The translations under genes were made by a program, and so were the position numbers. From contig CAVYTA010000006.1 in NCBI GenBank assembly GCA_963771355.1, positions 896,001 to 960,000 on the forward strand: DNA of 64,000 nt. Direction: 5' to 3'. The notes beneath the pieces are model-generated. The model did not search any database. It had not been told where the DNA came from and saw nothing but the letters and a program-made list of their open reading frames with translations. Below are positions 8,313-21,860 of this stretch, piece after piece. The stretch's first letter is position 1. Each line of letters begins with the position of its first letter. The stretch comes from an uncultured Candidatus Rokubacteria bacterium (GTDB lineage: Bacteria > Methylomirabilota > Methylomirabilia > Rokubacteriales > CSP1-6).

Positions 8313-9127
8313 CCACCACGCAGACTCCCCGCCGGCAGAAGGCGCGGCTCGACGCGGCGCTGGTCGAGCGCGGGCTCGCGCCCAGCCGGGAGAAGGCGGC
8401 GCGCCTCATCCTCGCGGGCGCGGTCAGCGTGGACGGCCGCCGGGTGGACAAGGCGGGAACCCTCGTCGCCGCGGGAAGCCGGATCGAGACCGCGGTCGCT
8501 CCGCGATACGTGAGCCGCGGGGGCGACAAGCTCGTCCATGCGCTGACCGCCTTCGGCGTGTCCCCCCGCGGGCGCGTCTGCATCGACGCAGGGGCCTCGA
8601 CCGGCGGCTTCACGCAGTGCCTGCTCGAGGGCGGCGCCACGCGCGTCTACGCGGTGGACGTGGGCGCGGGCCAGCTGGACGCGAGATTGCGTGCCGATCC
8701 GCGCGTTCGCGTGATGGATCGGGTCAATGCGCGCGCGCTCTCGCCGGCCGCGTTCGAGGAACCGCCGAGCCTGGCCACGGTGGACGTGTCCTTCATCTCG
8801 CTCGAGAAGGTCCTGCCCGCCGTGCTCGGAGTCCTGGCCGAGACGGGAGAGGCGGTGGTGCTGGTCAAGCCGCAGTTCGAGGTCGGCAAGGGACAGGTTG
8901 GAAAGGGGGGCGTGGTGCGGGATCCCGTGCAGCATCGGCAGGTGCTCGAGCGCGTGAGCGGGTGGTGTGCGAATGCGGGCTGGCCCGCCCGCGGAGTCAC
9001 CGCCTCGCCGCTGGTGGGCCCCAAGGGCAATCGCGAGTTCTTCCTCCACCTCACGGAAGCGCCAGGGCTCGCCGGCCTCGCCGGGCGCATCGCCGACGTC
9101 GTCTCCCCCGCGGAGTCCCGACCTTGA
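8309..9127 (+). CDS. tlyA: TlyA family rRNA 2'-O-methyltransferase
   Basis: S4 domain, YVSRGGDKL, DAGASTGGFT, DVSFISL, LVKPQFE, GNREF. Confidence 0.93.
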   Translation: MTTTQTPRRQKARLDAALVERGLAPSREKAARLILAGAVSVDGRRVDKAGTLVAAGSRIETAVAPRYVSRGGDKLVHALTAFGVSPRGRVCIDAGASTGGFTQCLLEGGATRVYAVDVGAGQLDARLRADPRVRVMDRVNARALSPAAFEEPPSLATVDVSFISLEKVLPAVLGVLAETGEAVVLVKPQFEVGKGQVGKGGVVRDPVQHRQVLERVSGWCANAGWPARGVTASPLVGPKGNREFFLHLTEAPGLAGLAGRIADVVSPAESRP

Positions 9128-9981
9128 AGCGCATCGGCATCGTGGCCAAGACGGACCGCGAGGAGGCGCGCACCGTCCTGCCGCTGATCCTCGACTGGTG
9201 CGGTTCGCACGGGCTCACCCCTGTGCTGGAAAAGGAGACGGCGGGGCTCTGCCCCGCCACCCTCGCCGCCGTGGCGACCAAGCCCGAGCTGCCGGGGCAG
9301 GTGGACCTCCTGCTCGTCCTCGGGGGAGACGGGACGTTGCTCTCCATGGCGCGACTGGTGGGCGATCTCAACGTGCCCATTCTCGGCGTGAATCTCGGGG
9401 GACTGGGCTTCCTCACCGCGCTCACCGCCGACGAGCTCTTTCCGGCGCTGGAGGCCTTGCTGCGGGACGAGCTCCTCGTCGAGGAGCGGATGATGCTAGG
9501 AGCACGGATCTCCCGCCAGGGGGAGCGGCTGAGCGAGTACGTGGCGCTGAACGACGTGGTCATCACCAAGTCGGCGATGAGCCGGATCATCAACCTCGAG
9601 GTCTCGGTCGCGGGCCAGTTCGCTACCGCGTACCGGGCGGACGGGCTCATCGTCTCCACCCCTACCGGTTCCACCGCCTATTGCCTGTCGGCGGGCGGGC
9701 CCATCGTGTTCCCCACCATGGACGCGGTGGTGCTCACTCCGATCTGCTCGCACACACTCACCAACCGGCCCATCGTTCTCCCCGCCCGGGAGCGCATCGA
9801 CGTCACCCTGCTCTCGGACCAGGACGTGATGCTGACCCTCGACGGCCAGGTGGGCTTCGCGCTGCGGCGGGGCGACACCGTGGAGATCCACCGCGCGGCC
9901 GCGCGCATCCGTCTCCTCCGCTTTCCTCAGAAGCACTTCTTTTCGGTTCTGCGGACCAAGCTCAAGTGGGGCGAGCGTTAG
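9124..9981 (+). CDS. nadK: NAD(+) kinase
   Basis: GGDGT, NLGGLGFL, LND, STPTGSTAY. TTG start overlapping the tlyA stop. Confidence 0.93.
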   Translation: MKRIGIVAKTDREEARTVLPLILDWCGSHGLTPVLEKETAGLCPATLAAVATKPELPGQVDLLLVLGGDGTLLSMARLVGDLNVPILGVNLGGLGFLTALTADELFPALEALLRDELLVEERMMLGARISRQGERLSEYVALNDVVITKSAMSRIINLEVSVAGQFATAYRADGLIVSTPTGSTAYCLSAGGPIVFPTMDAVVLTPICSHTLTNRPIVLPARERIDVTLLSDQDVMLTLDGQVGFALRRGDTVEIHRAAARIRLLRFPQKHFFSVLRTKLKWGER

Positions 9982-10071
9982 CGCCGTCCCCGACCGTCCC
10001 CACGTGGATACGGCTGGTCCCCGGGGCCGACCCCGACGTACCATGGGATCGCGCGCCCGAGCGCGACTGAG

Positions 10072-11793
10072 ATGCTGACCGAGCTCCGGCTCCGGAATCT
10101 CGCGGTGATCGAGGAAATGACGGTGCCCTTCGGCGCCGGGCTCAACGCCGTCACCGGCGAGACGGGGGCCGGGAAATCCATCGTCGTGGACGCCATCCTC
10201 CTGGTCATGGGCGCCCGCGCCCAGCCCGATCTCATCCGCTCCGGCGCCGAGAGCGCGATCATCGAGGCCGTGTTCGAGCTGCCGCCCGGCCACCCCGCCA
10301 CGGAGGTGCTGGAGGCCGCGGGCCACGCCGCGCCCGACGGTACCCTCGTGATCAAGCGCGAGATCTCCCGCATGGGGCGTCACCGCGTCTTCGTGAATGA
10401 CTCGGCGGCCACGGTCGCGCTGCTGGAGCGGCTGGGCGAGTCGCTCGTGGAGCTGCACGGCCAGCACGAGCACCAGCGCCTGATGGAGCCGGCCCGGCAG
10501 CTCGACCTTCTCGACCGCTTCGCGGACGCCGAGGAGGCCCGCGCCCGCGTGGACGGGCTGGTGAGGGAGTGGGAGGCGGCGGGCACCGAGCTTTCCCGGC
10601 TGCGCGACGCCGCGCGCGAGGGCGCGCGCCAGCAGGACCTCTACCGCTTCCAGCTCTCCGAGATCGACGCCCTCGCCCTCCGTGACGGGGAGGAGGAAGA
10701 GCTCCGCGCCGAGCGCCGGCGCCTTCAGCACGCGGAGCGCATCGCGGCGGGGCTCGCCGAGGTCACCGCCCTCCTCTACGACGACGCCCAGTCGGCAGCA
10801 GCGCGGCTCCGCCGGGCGGGGACCTTGCTCCGCGAGCTGGCGGCCTACGACACCGAGCTGGGCGCCCCGGCGGAGGCCCTCGGCGAGGCGGAGGCCTATC
10901 TCGAGGACGCCATCGGACGCGCGCGGGCCCTGCGCGACCGCGCCCCCTTCGATCCCGAGCGGCTCGGCGAGATCGACGACCGCCTCGATGCCGTCGGGAA
11001 GCTGAAGCGGAAGTACGGCGACTCCGCCGAGGCCATCGCCGCCTATCGCGCCGGACTCGCGTCCACCCTCGATCAGATCGAACGGCACGATGAGGTGGTG
11101 GCGGAGCTGGAGGCGCGGGCGGCGCGGACGGCGGAAGCAGCGGGAACGGCGGCCTTGGCGCTCGCGGACGTCCGGGCGGCCGCCGCGCGCCGGCTCGAGC
11201 GCCTGATCCAGACCGAGCTGCGGGGGCTCGGGATGGAGCATGCGCGCTTCCGGGTCGGGCTGCGGCGGGAGCCCGCCGGCGAGGGCGAGCTCGCCGCGGG
11301 CCCCGGACGCTGGCGGGTGGGACGTCGGGGCACCGACACCGCCGAGTTCCTCTTCTCCGCCAATCCCGGGGAAGATCCGCGACCGCTGGCCAAGGTGGTC
11401 TCGGGGGGCGAGCTCTCACGCACCATGCTGGCGGTGCGCACGGTGCTCTCGGCCTCGGGCGAGGTGCCCACCATGGTCTTCGACGAGGTGGACTCAGGCA
11501 TCGGCGGCCGCGTGGCGGAGGTCGTGGGCCAGAAGCTCGCCCAGACCGCTCGCGGGCGGCAGGTGCTCTGCGTCACCCACCTCGCTCCCATCGCGGTGTA
11601 TGCGGCCCACCATCTGATGGTCGAGAAGAAGTCGGGGCGGGGGACGACGCGGACCACGGTGTCACCGCTCGCCGCCGCCGCGCGCATCGAGGAGTTGGCG
11701 CGCATGCTCGGGGGCGAGCGCGTCACCGAGGCCACCCGGCGTGCCGCCCGGGAGCTATTCAGGACCGCCCAGCGTGAGAGCCCCCGGAACTGA
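10072..11793 (+). CDS. recN: DNA repair protein RecN
   Basis: TGETGAGKS, HGQHEH, SGGELSR, FDEVDSGIGG, VTHL. Confidence 0.95.
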   Translation: MLTELRLRNLAVIEEMTVPFGAGLNAVTGETGAGKSIVVDAILLVMGARAQPDLIRSGAESAIIEAVFELPPGHPATEVLEAAGHAAPDGTLVIKREISRMGRHRVFVNDSAATVALLERLGESLVELHGQHEHQRLMEPARQLDLLDRFADAEEARARVDGLVREWEAAGTELSRLRDAAREGARQQDLYRFQLSEIDALALRDGEEEELRAERRRLQHAERIAAGLAEVTALLYDDAQSAAARLRRAGTLLRELAAYDTELGAPAEALGEAEAYLEDAIGRARALRDRAPFDPERLGEIDDRLDAVGKLKRKYGDSAEAIAAYRAGLASTLDQIERHDEVVAELEARAARTAEAAGTAALALADVRAAAARRLERLIQTELRGLGMEHARFRVGLRREPAGEGELAAGPGRWRVGRRGTDTAEFLFSANPGEDPRPLAKVVSGGELSRTMLAVRTVLSASGEVPTMVFDEVDSGIGGRVAEVVGQKLAQTARGRQVLCVTHLAPIAVYAAHHLMVEKKSGRGTTRTTVSPLAAAARIEELARMLGGERVTEATRRAARELFRTAQRESPRN

Positions 11794-11811
11794 TGGTGTA
11801 AGATAACCGTG

Positions 11812-14622
<2,811 letters not shown>

Positions 14623-14662
14623 GACTCCCCGCCGACATCTGGTAGCCCTCGCCACCCGACCC

Positions 14663-14683
14663 CCCCACGCGTGGGGTTTTTTT
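14663..14683 (+). terminator. Intrinsic terminator after secA
   Basis: CCCCA-CGCG-TGGGG hairpin followed by T7. Confidence 0.65.
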
Positions 14684-14738
14684 CTTGGTCGGCTGCCGGG
14701 GCGTGTGGTAACAGTGAGTAGCCCCTGTGGGCGTAGCC

Positions 14739-17700
14739 ATGCGGCTCGAACAAATCGTCCTCCACGGTTTCAAGTCGTTCGCCGACCGGACGGAAGTGCG
14801 CGTCCTTCCCGGCATCACCTGCATCGTCGGTCCCAACGGCTGCGGCAAGTCCAACGTGGCCGACGCGATCCGGTGGGCGCTGGGAGAACAGAGCCCCAAA
14901 ACCCTGCGCGGCCAGAAGATGGAAGACGTCATCTTCCACGGCGCCGCCTCTCGCAAGTCCATCGGCATGGCCGAGGTCATGCTGCAGTTCGGCAACGATG
15001 GGACTCTCGGGGTGCCGTGGAGCGAGGTGGCGGTGGCGCGCCGGCTCTACCGGACGGGCGATAGCGAGTATCTCCTCAACAAGTCGGGGTGCCGGCTCAG
15101 GGACATCCAGGATCTCTTCGCGGGCACGGGCGTCAATCCCAAGGCCTATGCCCTGATGGACCAGGAGCGCCTCAACCACGTCCTCACCGCCAAGCCCTGG
15201 GAGCGGCGGGTCTTCATCGAGGAGGCGGCGGGCATCGCGCGTTACAAGCAGCAGCGCGGGGAGACCCAGGGCAAGCTCGACGCCACCCGGCAAAATCTCC
15301 AGCGGGTGCGCGACGTGATGGACGAGGTGCGCCGGCAGCTGGGCTCCCTCGAGCGGCAGGCGAGAAAGGCCCAGCAGTACAAGGCCCTCCATCAGGAGAA
15401 GCAGGCTCTCGGCCTCGCCATGCTGGCGGCGGACTTCGCCACCCTGGCCGCACGTCACGAGCTGCTGACCCGCGAGATGGAGACCCTCCGCCGCGACTCC
15501 GAACACCGTGAGATCCAGATCGCCGCGCTGGCGGCCCGCCAGGCCACGCAGAGCGCGGTCATCCAGGAGACCGAGTTTCGCCTCAACGACCTGCGACAGT
15601 ACGTCCAGAAGATGCAGGGCGAAGCCGAGCGGCTCATCGAGCGCCGCGAGCAGCTCAACATCCAGATCCGCGAGCTCGACGAGGAGACGGCACGGCTCGG
15701 CGCCGAGGTGGCCGCGGTCACCGAGCGCCGAGGCACCCTCGAGACCGAGCGCGCCGACAAGATCCGTGCGCTCGCCGAGAGCCGCGAGCGTCACGCCGAC
15801 TGGCTCGGGCGTCTCGGTGTCCTCGAGACGCAGGCGGAGGCCGGCCGCCGCGAGCTCGAGGAGCGGCGCCGGCGGCTGGACACCCTGCGGCTGGAGCAGG
15901 CGGGAGCGGGCGGGCGGCGGGCCGAGCTCACGCGCGAGGACGCCGAGCTGCGCGAGCGGGGGCTCAATCGCGAGCATGCCCTGGCGCGACTCGGTAGCGA
16001 ATCCGCGCGGGCCCAGGCGGAGGCCGATGCCATCGCCACCCGGCGGCAGCGGCTCGAGGAGCACCGGCGCGCGGCGGGACAGCAGCTGTCGCTCCTGGAG
16101 TCGGAGCGCCGCCAGGTACAGGGAGAACGCGAGGCCTGCGAGGCGGCGCGCGAGGGCACGCAGCGGTCGCTCGCCGAGCTGCGCCTGGCGCTGGCCGCGA
16201 AGGAGAGCCAGCTCCAGAGCCTGGAGCAGCTCGAGCGCGACCGGGAGGGCTATGGGGCGGGGGTGCGCGCGGTGTTCGCGGCCGGCAGTGGCATCCCGGG
16301 CGTGGTGGGCACCGTGGCCGATCTGCTCGAAGTGCCGTCCGGCCTCGAGGCGGCGGTGGAAAGCGTGCTCGGCGAGCGCTTGCAGTGGGTGGTGGTCGAG
16401 CGCTTCGAGCATGCGCGCGCCGCCCTCGGCTTTCTCGAGCGGGAAGGGGCGGGCCCGGCGACGTTCCTTCCCCTGGAGACGCTCCCCAGCAACGGCTCCA
16501 CGCCCGAAGACTCCGCCGACGTGCGCTGGGCGTCTCGGCTAATCGCCGGGCCCCGGCCGGGGCTCCTCGGCTATCTGCTCGGCCATGTCGGCGTGGTGGA
16601 CCATCTCGACCAGGCCGAGCGGCTGTGGCGCCGCAACGGCGTGGTCGCCACCTATGTCACGCCCTCGGGCGAGGTGCTCTATCCGAACGGTCGGCTCACC
16701 GGCGGTCGGCGCGACGGGGACCGTGAGGCACAGGACCACTCGATACTTCGCCGCAAGCGCGCCATCCGCCAGCTGCGTGACGAGGCGGCGACCACCGCGG
16801 CCGAAGTCGAGCGCGGACGGACGGGTCTGGAGGCGCTGGAGGCCCAGCTCGGCGCCCTGCGCGCGCGCGAGAGCGGCCTCACCACCTCGGTGCAGAGCCA
16901 GGAAGCGGTGCGCCTCACCGGCGACAAGGACCTCGAGGCCGCCGGGCGCGAGGCGGAGCGGCTGGCCCGCCACCTCGACACGCTGCGCGTGGAGCAGGCG
17001 CAGATCCAGGCCGAGCATGAGGAGACGGCACGGCGGCTGGAGGAAGTGGGCATCGTCCTGGCGAGCGTGCGCGAGCGCGAGGCGGCTCTCGACCGCGAGC
17101 TCGGCACCATGCGCGCCGACGTCGAGGCCGCTGAGCAGATCCAGCTGGGGCTAGCCGACGAGATCGGCGATTGCCGGGTGCAGGTGGCGGCGGTGGCCGA
17201 GCGGGTGGAGGGATTCGGGCGTGACATCGAGCGGCTCCAGGAGCTGGAGCTCGAGGCCACCCTGCGGGTCGAGCAGTCGACGCTCCGCCGCGCGCAGCTG
17301 GCCGAGCGGCGCACCGAGCTCTCCGGCGAGGCGGGACGGGCCGACGCCCGGGCGCGCGACGCGGTGGTGGATCGCGACCGGCTGGAGGGCGAGGTCCGCG
17401 CGACCTCCGAGGTCCACCAGTCCCAGGTCGCCGAGCGCCAGATCATCGACACTGAGCTGCGCGCGGCGGGAGCCGAGCGGCACCGGCTCATCGCCCGCGT
17501 GCACGATCTCGAGCTGCAGGACACCGAGGGCCGGGTGCGGCGCGAGGAGCTGCTCGGCGAAGCGCGGCGCAGCCACGGGATCGACGGCGCGGAGTCACTA
17601 CGGGCCCTCCACGACCCCGCGCGCGAGGGGACGGAGCTGCGCACCCGACACGACGAGCTCGTGCAAAAGCTCGAGGCGATGGGCGCCGTCAATCTCGTCG

Positions 17701-18290
17701 CCGACGAGGAGTACCGCGAGCTGGAGGAGCGGCTCGGCTTCCTCCGCACTCAATACGACGACCTCACCGGCTCCATCAAGGATCTCGAGAAGGCCCTCCG
17801 GGGAATGACCCGCACCGCGCAGGAGCGCTTCCAGGAGGCCTTCGCCGAGGTCAACCGGCACTTCGGGGACATCTTCTCGCGCCTGTTCGAGGGCGGGCGG
17901 GCCGAGCTCCGCATGGTCGAGCCGGAAGAGGGCGAGGACGACCCCCTGGAGCTGGGCGTCGAGCTCATGGCGCAGCCGCGCGGCAAGCGGCTCCAGGCGG
18001 TGAGCCTGATGTCGGGCGGCGAGAAGGCCCTGACCGGCCTGGCCCTACTCTTCGCGATCTTCTACTACCGGCCCAGCCCGTTCTGCGTGCTGGACGAGGT
18101 GGACGCGCCGCTCGACGACGCCAATATCCACCGTTTCCTCCGGGTGCTCCGCGAGCTCGTATCCCAGACCCAGTTCGTGGTGATCACGCACAACCGAAAG
18201 ACCATGGAAGCCGCCGATGTCCTCTACGGGGTGACCATGGAGGAGCCGGGGCTCTCGCGGCTGGTCTCCGTCCAGCTCGCCGACGCGTAA
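14739..18290 (+). CDS. smc: Chromosome segregation protein SMC
   Basis: GFKSF, GPNGCGKSN, coiled coils, hinge, MSGGEK, LDEVDAPLD. Confidence 0.96.
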   Translation: MRLEQIVLHGFKSFADRTEVRVLPGITCIVGPNGCGKSNVADAIRWALGEQSPKTLRGQKMEDVIFHGAASRKSIGMAEVMLQFGNDGTLGVPWSEVAVARRLYRTGDSEYLLNKSGCRLRDIQDLFAGTGVNPKAYALMDQERLNHVLTAKPWERRVFIEEAAGIARYKQQRGETQGKLDATRQNLQRVRDVMDEVRRQLGSLERQARKAQQYKALHQEKQALGLAMLAADFATLAARHELLTREMETLRRDSEHREIQIAALAARQATQSAVIQETEFRLNDLRQYVQKMQGEAERLIERREQLNIQIRELDEETARLGAEVAAVTERRGTLETERADKIRALAESRERHADWLGRLGVLETQAEAGRRELEERRRRLDTLRLEQAGAGGRRAELTREDAELRERGLNREHALARLGSESARAQAEADAIATRRQRLEEHRRAAGQQLSLLESERRQVQGEREACEAAREGTQRSLAELRLALAAKESQLQSLEQLERDREGYGAGVRAVFAAGSGIPGVVGTVADLLEVPSGLEAAVESVLGERLQWVVVERFEHARAALGFLEREGAGPATFLPLETLPSNGSTPEDSADVRWASRLIAGPRPGLLGYLLGHVGVVDHLDQAERLWRRNGVVATYVTPSGEVLYPNGRLTGGRRDGDREAQDHSILRRKRAIRQLRDEAATTAAEVERGRTGLEALEAQLGALRARESGLTTSVQSQEAVRLTGDKDLEAAGREAERLARHLDTLRVEQAQIQAEHEETARRLEEVGIVLASVREREAALDRELGTMRADVEAAEQIQLGLADEIGDCRVQVAAVAERVEGFGRDIERLQELELEATLRVEQSTLRRAQLAERRTELSGEAGRADARARDAVVDRDRLEGEVRATSEVHQSQVAERQIIDTELRAAGAERHRLIARVHDLELQDTEGRVRREELLGEARRSHGIDGAESLRALHDPAREGTELRTRHDELVQKLEAMGAVNLVADEEYRELEERLGFLRTQYDDLTGSIKDLEKALRGMTRTAQERFQEAFAEVNRHFGDIFSRLFEGGRAELRMVEPEEGEDDPLELGVELMAQPRGKRLQAVSLMSGGEKALTGLALLFAIFYYRPSPFCVLDEVDAPLDDANIHRFLRVLRELVSQTQFVVITHNRKTMEAADVLYGVTMEEPGLSRLVSVQLADA

Positions 18291-18303
18291 CTTCGCTCCC
18301 TCG

Positions 18304-18333
18304 TTGACTGTTCCGCGTCCCAGGGCATACAGT
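18304..18333 (+). promoter_or_regulatory. Putative sigma-70 promoter before rodZ
   Basis: TTGACT-N18-TACAGT in the intergenic gap. Confidence 0.5.
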
Positions 18334-18353
18334 AGCGGTAGGTCTCCGCGACC

Positions 18354-19190
18354 ATGAGTTCTCTGGGAAGCTACCTCCGCGACCTGCGCACCGCCAAGGG
18401 CATGTCCCTGGACGAGGTCTCGCGCGTCACGCGCGTGGGCCGGACCCACCTCGAAGCCCTCGAAGCCGAGGAACTGAGCGCACTGCCCGCGCCGGTATTC
18501 GTCAAGGGCTTCATCCGCGCCTACTGTGAGTTCCTCCAGGCCAATCCCGCGGAAGCGCTCGGCCGCTATCAGGTGCTCACGGGCGAGCGCATCCCCGGTG
18601 CCGCCCCCTTGCGCGCGGAACCCCTCGGCGCCGGCCTCGGGCGCGGGCCGGTATTCGTCAGCGTGATCCTCCTCGTGGTCTTGGCCGCCGCGCTCTTCCT
18701 GCTCAACTCCGGGCTTCGCGGCGATGCGCCGCACGCCCCACGCCCGCAGCCCGCAACACCGGGCAGTTCCGCCGCCGCGCCCGCCGCCTCCGAGCCGGCG
18801 GTTGCCCCGTCCGCGCCCTCCGTGGCACCCACCACCCCCTCGGCCAAGCCCGAGGCCGTGGCGGCCATGGCGCCGAGCGCGGTAACACCGGCAGTCACGG
18901 CGCCCGCGGTGCCGGTACCGACGGCCCTCGCGCCGGCCTCCGCACCCGCCCGCGGGGCGCAGCGCCTCGTCGTCAGGGCGATCGAGCCCACCTGGGTACG
19001 CGTCCAGATGGACGGAGACCGCTCCGTCGAGGAACTGCTGCCCGCCGGCGCCACGCGGGAATGGAGCGCCGAGAAGCGCTTCACCGTTACCGTGGGGAAT
19101 GCGGCCGGTGTCACCCTTGAGCTCAACGGGCGCACGCTGCCGCCCCTGGGTGCGCCGGGCGCGGTGATCCGCGAGCTCGCACTCCCGTGA
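18354..19190 (+). CDS. rodZ: RodZ-like cytoskeleton protein (HTH, TM, Pro/Ala linker, C-terminal domain)
   Basis: N-terminal HTH with FVKGFIRAYCEFL, single TM, VGNAAGV.LELNG C-terminal motif. Confidence 0.82.
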   Translation: MSSLGSYLRDLRTAKGMSLDEVSRVTRVGRTHLEALEAEELSALPAPVFVKGFIRAYCEFLQANPAEALGRYQVLTGERIPGAAPLRAEPLGAGLGRGPVFVSVILLVVLAAALFLLNSGLRGDAPHAPRPQPATPGSSAAAPAASEPAVAPSAPSVAPTTPSAKPEAVAAMAPSAVTPAVTAPAVPVPTALAPASAPARGAQRLVVRAIEPTWVRVQMDGDRSVEELLPAGATREWSAEKRFTVTVGNAAGVTLELNGRTLPPLGAPGAVIRELALP

Positions 19191-20113
19191 GCCTCTTCGG
19201 CGCTTTCGCCGACCGCTTCAAGGATGGCCTCCGGCGGTCCCGCCAGCTCTTCGACGATGGCCTCGACACGCTCCTGTCCGTCGGCCGGACGGTGGACGAG
19301 CCGCTGCTGGAAGAGCTCGAGGAGATCCTCGTCACCGCCGACGTCGGCGCCGCCACCGCGGCCGAGTTCGTGGACCGTATCCGCGGCGAGGCGAAGCGGG
19401 GCCGGGTGAGTACCGCTCAGGACGTGCGGGCCCTGCTCCGGCGGCTGTTCGAGGAGACCCTGGCGCCGGCGGCAGCCCCGCTGAACCTCTCCGGTCGTCC
19501 CGCGGTCGTCCTCATGCTCGGTGTGAACGGGGCCGGCAAGACCACCACCACCGGCAAGCTCGCCGCTGCCTTGCGGGCGCAGGGCAAGGACGTGGTCCTC
19601 GCCGCTGCCGACACCTTCCGCGCCGCCGCCATCGAGCAGCTCGAGGAGTGGGGCCGGCGGGCCCAGTCGCCGGTGATACGGCAGTCCGCCGGCGCCGACC
19701 CTGCCGCGGTGGTCTTCGACGCAGTCAAGGGCGCCGCCGCACGCGGCGCGGACGTGCTCCTCGTGGACACCGCGGGACGGCTGCACACCAAGTCCAACCT
19801 GATGGACGAGCTGATCAAGCTCAAGCGCGTGATCGAGCGCCAGCTCCCGGGAGCGCCGCAGGAGTGTTTGATGGTGCTGGAGGCGCCCACCGGACAGAAC
19901 GGACTGGCCCAGGCCAAACTCTTTCACGAGGCGGTGGGCCTGACCGGTCTGGTCCTCACCAAGCTCGACGGCACCGCCAAGGGCGGCATCGTGGTCCGCA
20001 TCTGGCGGGAGCTGGGCGTGCCCATCAAGCTGGTCGGCGTGGGCGAGAAGATCGAGGACCTCCAGCCCTTCGACGCGAAGGCGTTCGCCGCGGCGTTGCT
20101 CCCCGACTCGTGA
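19187..20113 (+). CDS. ftsY: SRP receptor FtsY
   Basis: [31 protein letters not shown]. Confidence 0.96.
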   Translation: MSLFGAFADRFKDGLRRSRQLFDDGLDTLLSVGRTVDEPLLEELEEILVTADVGAATAAEFVDRIRGEAKRGRVSTAQDVRALLRRLFEETLAPAAAPLNLSGRPAVVLMLGVNGAGKTTTTGKLAAALRAQGKDVVLAAADTFRAAAIEQLEEWGRRAQSPVIRQSAGADPAAVVFDAVKGAAARGADVLLVDTAGRLHTKSNLMDELIKLKRVIERQLPGAPQECLMVLEAPTGQNGLAQAKLFHEAVGLTGLVLTKLDGTAKGGIVVRIWRELGVPIKLVGVGEKIEDLQPFDAKAFAAALLPDS

Positions 20114-21246
20114 GCGCGGTCAATCCAGCGGACCATGCGGGCATGCGGCGCGCGCTCGCGCTCGCGGAGCGGGGTCGGGGACTGACCTCGCCCAATCCCA
20201 TGGTGGGCGCGGTGCTGGTCCGGGACGGCGAGGTGGTCGGCGAGGGGTTTCACGCCGAGGCGGGCGGGCCGCATGCCGAGATCGTGGCACTCGCCGCCGC
20301 CGGAGAGCGCGCGCACGGGGCCACGCTCTACGTCACCCTCGAGCCATGCAATCACCACGGCCGGACGCCGCCCTGCACCCGGGCCATCCGGAACGCCGGG
20401 GTGGCCCGGATCGTCGCGGGTGCGCTGGATCCCAATCCGCACGTGACGGGTGGCGGCGCCGACGTGCTGCGCGCATTCGGCCTGGAGGTCGCGGTCGGCC
20501 TGCTGGACGCCGAGGTTCGGGCGCTCAATCGTGCCTTCTTCACCGCCATGCGGCGGGGACGGCCCCACATCACGCTCAAGTCGGCGATGACGCTCGACGG
20601 CAAGATCGCGGCACAGGACGGCACTTCGCGGTGGATCACGGGCGCGGAGGCGCGCGCGGAGGCGCACCGTCTCCGGAGCGAGAGTGACGCCGTCGTGGTG
20701 GGGATCGGCACCGCGCTCGCGGACGATCCCGGGCTGGACGTGAGGCTGGAGGCGCCGTGGCCGCGCGAGCCCTGGCGCGTGGTGGTGGACAGCCAGGCGC
20801 GGCTGCCGGTCCGCGCGCGCGTGATCGGCGCGGGACGGGCCGCGCGCGCCGTCGTCGCCGTCACCGACGCGGCGCCGCTCGAGCGAGTGGCGGCGCTGGA
20901 GGCCGCCGGCGCCACCGTGCTCGCCTGCAAGAGCGCTCAGGGGCGCGTGGACCTCACCGACCTCGCCGCCCGCCTCTTCGCGCTCGACGTGATTGCCATG
21001 CTGGTCGAGGGAGGGGCGGTGCTGAACGCGGCCTTCCTCGAGGCGGGCCTCGTCGACCGCGTCGCCATCTTCCTGGCCCCCAAGCTCCTCGGCGGCGCCG
21101 GCGCGCCCACGCCTGTCGGCGGGCCGGGACGGAGCCTGAGCCAGGCGGTGCGCCTCGCGCGCCCCACCGTGCGCTCGCTCGGCGACGACTGGCTGGTCGA
21201 AGCTGACGTGGCCGCCGAGGTGGCCGACGCCGACGGAGCCTCCTGA
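20110..21246 (+). CDS. ribD: Riboflavin biosynthesis deaminase/reductase
   Basis: [34 protein letters not shown]. Confidence 0.95.
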   Translation: MSAVNPADHAGMRRALALAERGRGLTSPNPMVGAVLVRDGEVVGEGFHAEAGGPHAEIVALAAAGERAHGATLYVTLEPCNHHGRTPPCTRAIRNAGVARIVAGALDPNPHVTGGGADVLRAFGLEVAVGLLDAEVRALNRAFFTAMRRGRPHITLKSAMTLDGKIAAQDGTSRWITGAEARAEAHRLRSESDAVVVGIGTALADDPGLDVRLEAPWPREPWRVVVDSQARLPVRARVIGAGRAARAVVAVTDAAPLERVAALEAAGATVLACKSAQGRVDLTDLAARLFALDVIAMLVEGGAVLNAAFLEAGLVDRVAIFLAPKLLGGAGAPTPVGGPGRSLSQAVRLARPTVRSLGDDWLVEADVAAEVADADGAS

Positions 21247-21248
21247 GC

Positions 21249-21860
21249 ATGTTCACCGGTCTCGTGGAGGAGATGGGTCGCGTGGCGAGCCGTGCGGGAA
21301 GCCGGCTCGTCCTCGAGGCGCGCGTCGCGCTCGAGGGGACAGTGCTCGGCTCGAGCGTGGCGGTCAACGGCGTCTGCCTCACCGTGGTGGGACGCGAGGA
21401 CGGGCGCCTGGCCTTCGACGTGGGTCCGGAGACGTTCGTCGTGAGCGCCCTGGGGGATCTCGCTCCCGGCGACCACGTGAATCTCGAGCGACCGCTGCGG
21501 CTGGGCGACTTCGTGGGCGGCCATCTGGTGCAGGGACACGTGGACGGGATCGGGGTGGTGGCCTCGGCGGAGCGGGCGGCGGACACCGCCCGGATCAGGA
21601 TAGAATGGCAGGACCGACGGCTGGCCCCCTACCTGATCCCGAAAGGCTCGGTGGCGGTGGACGGGGTGAGCCTCACGGTGGCAGCGCTGGACGATCGCGC
21701 GTTCGAGATCATGGTGATCCCGCACACGCTGGCGATGACGACGCTGGGGACGGTCCGGCCCGGGCGCCGCGTAAACTTGGAAACGGACATGATCGGAAAG
21801 TACGTGATTCGCGCTCTCGGGCCGGGAATGGCGGGAGTGATCGGAGGAGCCCAATCGTGA
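21249..21860 (+). CDS. ribE: Riboflavin synthase (alpha chain)
   Basis: [28 protein letters not shown]. Confidence 0.95.
   Translation: MFTGLVEEMGRVASRAGSRLVLEARVALEGTVLGSSVAVNGVCLTVVGREDGRLAFDVGPETFVVSALGDLAPGDHVNLERPLRLGDFVGGHLVQGHVDGIGVVASAERAADTARIRIEWQDRRLAPYLIPKGSVAVDGVSLTVAALDDRAFEIMVIPHTLAMTTLGTVRPGRRVNLETDMIGKYVIRALGPGMAGVIGGAQS

Noticed and set aside
9982..10071. SOS box upstream of recN
   Set aside because: No LexA-type palindrome that I recognise. The lineage motif is unknown.
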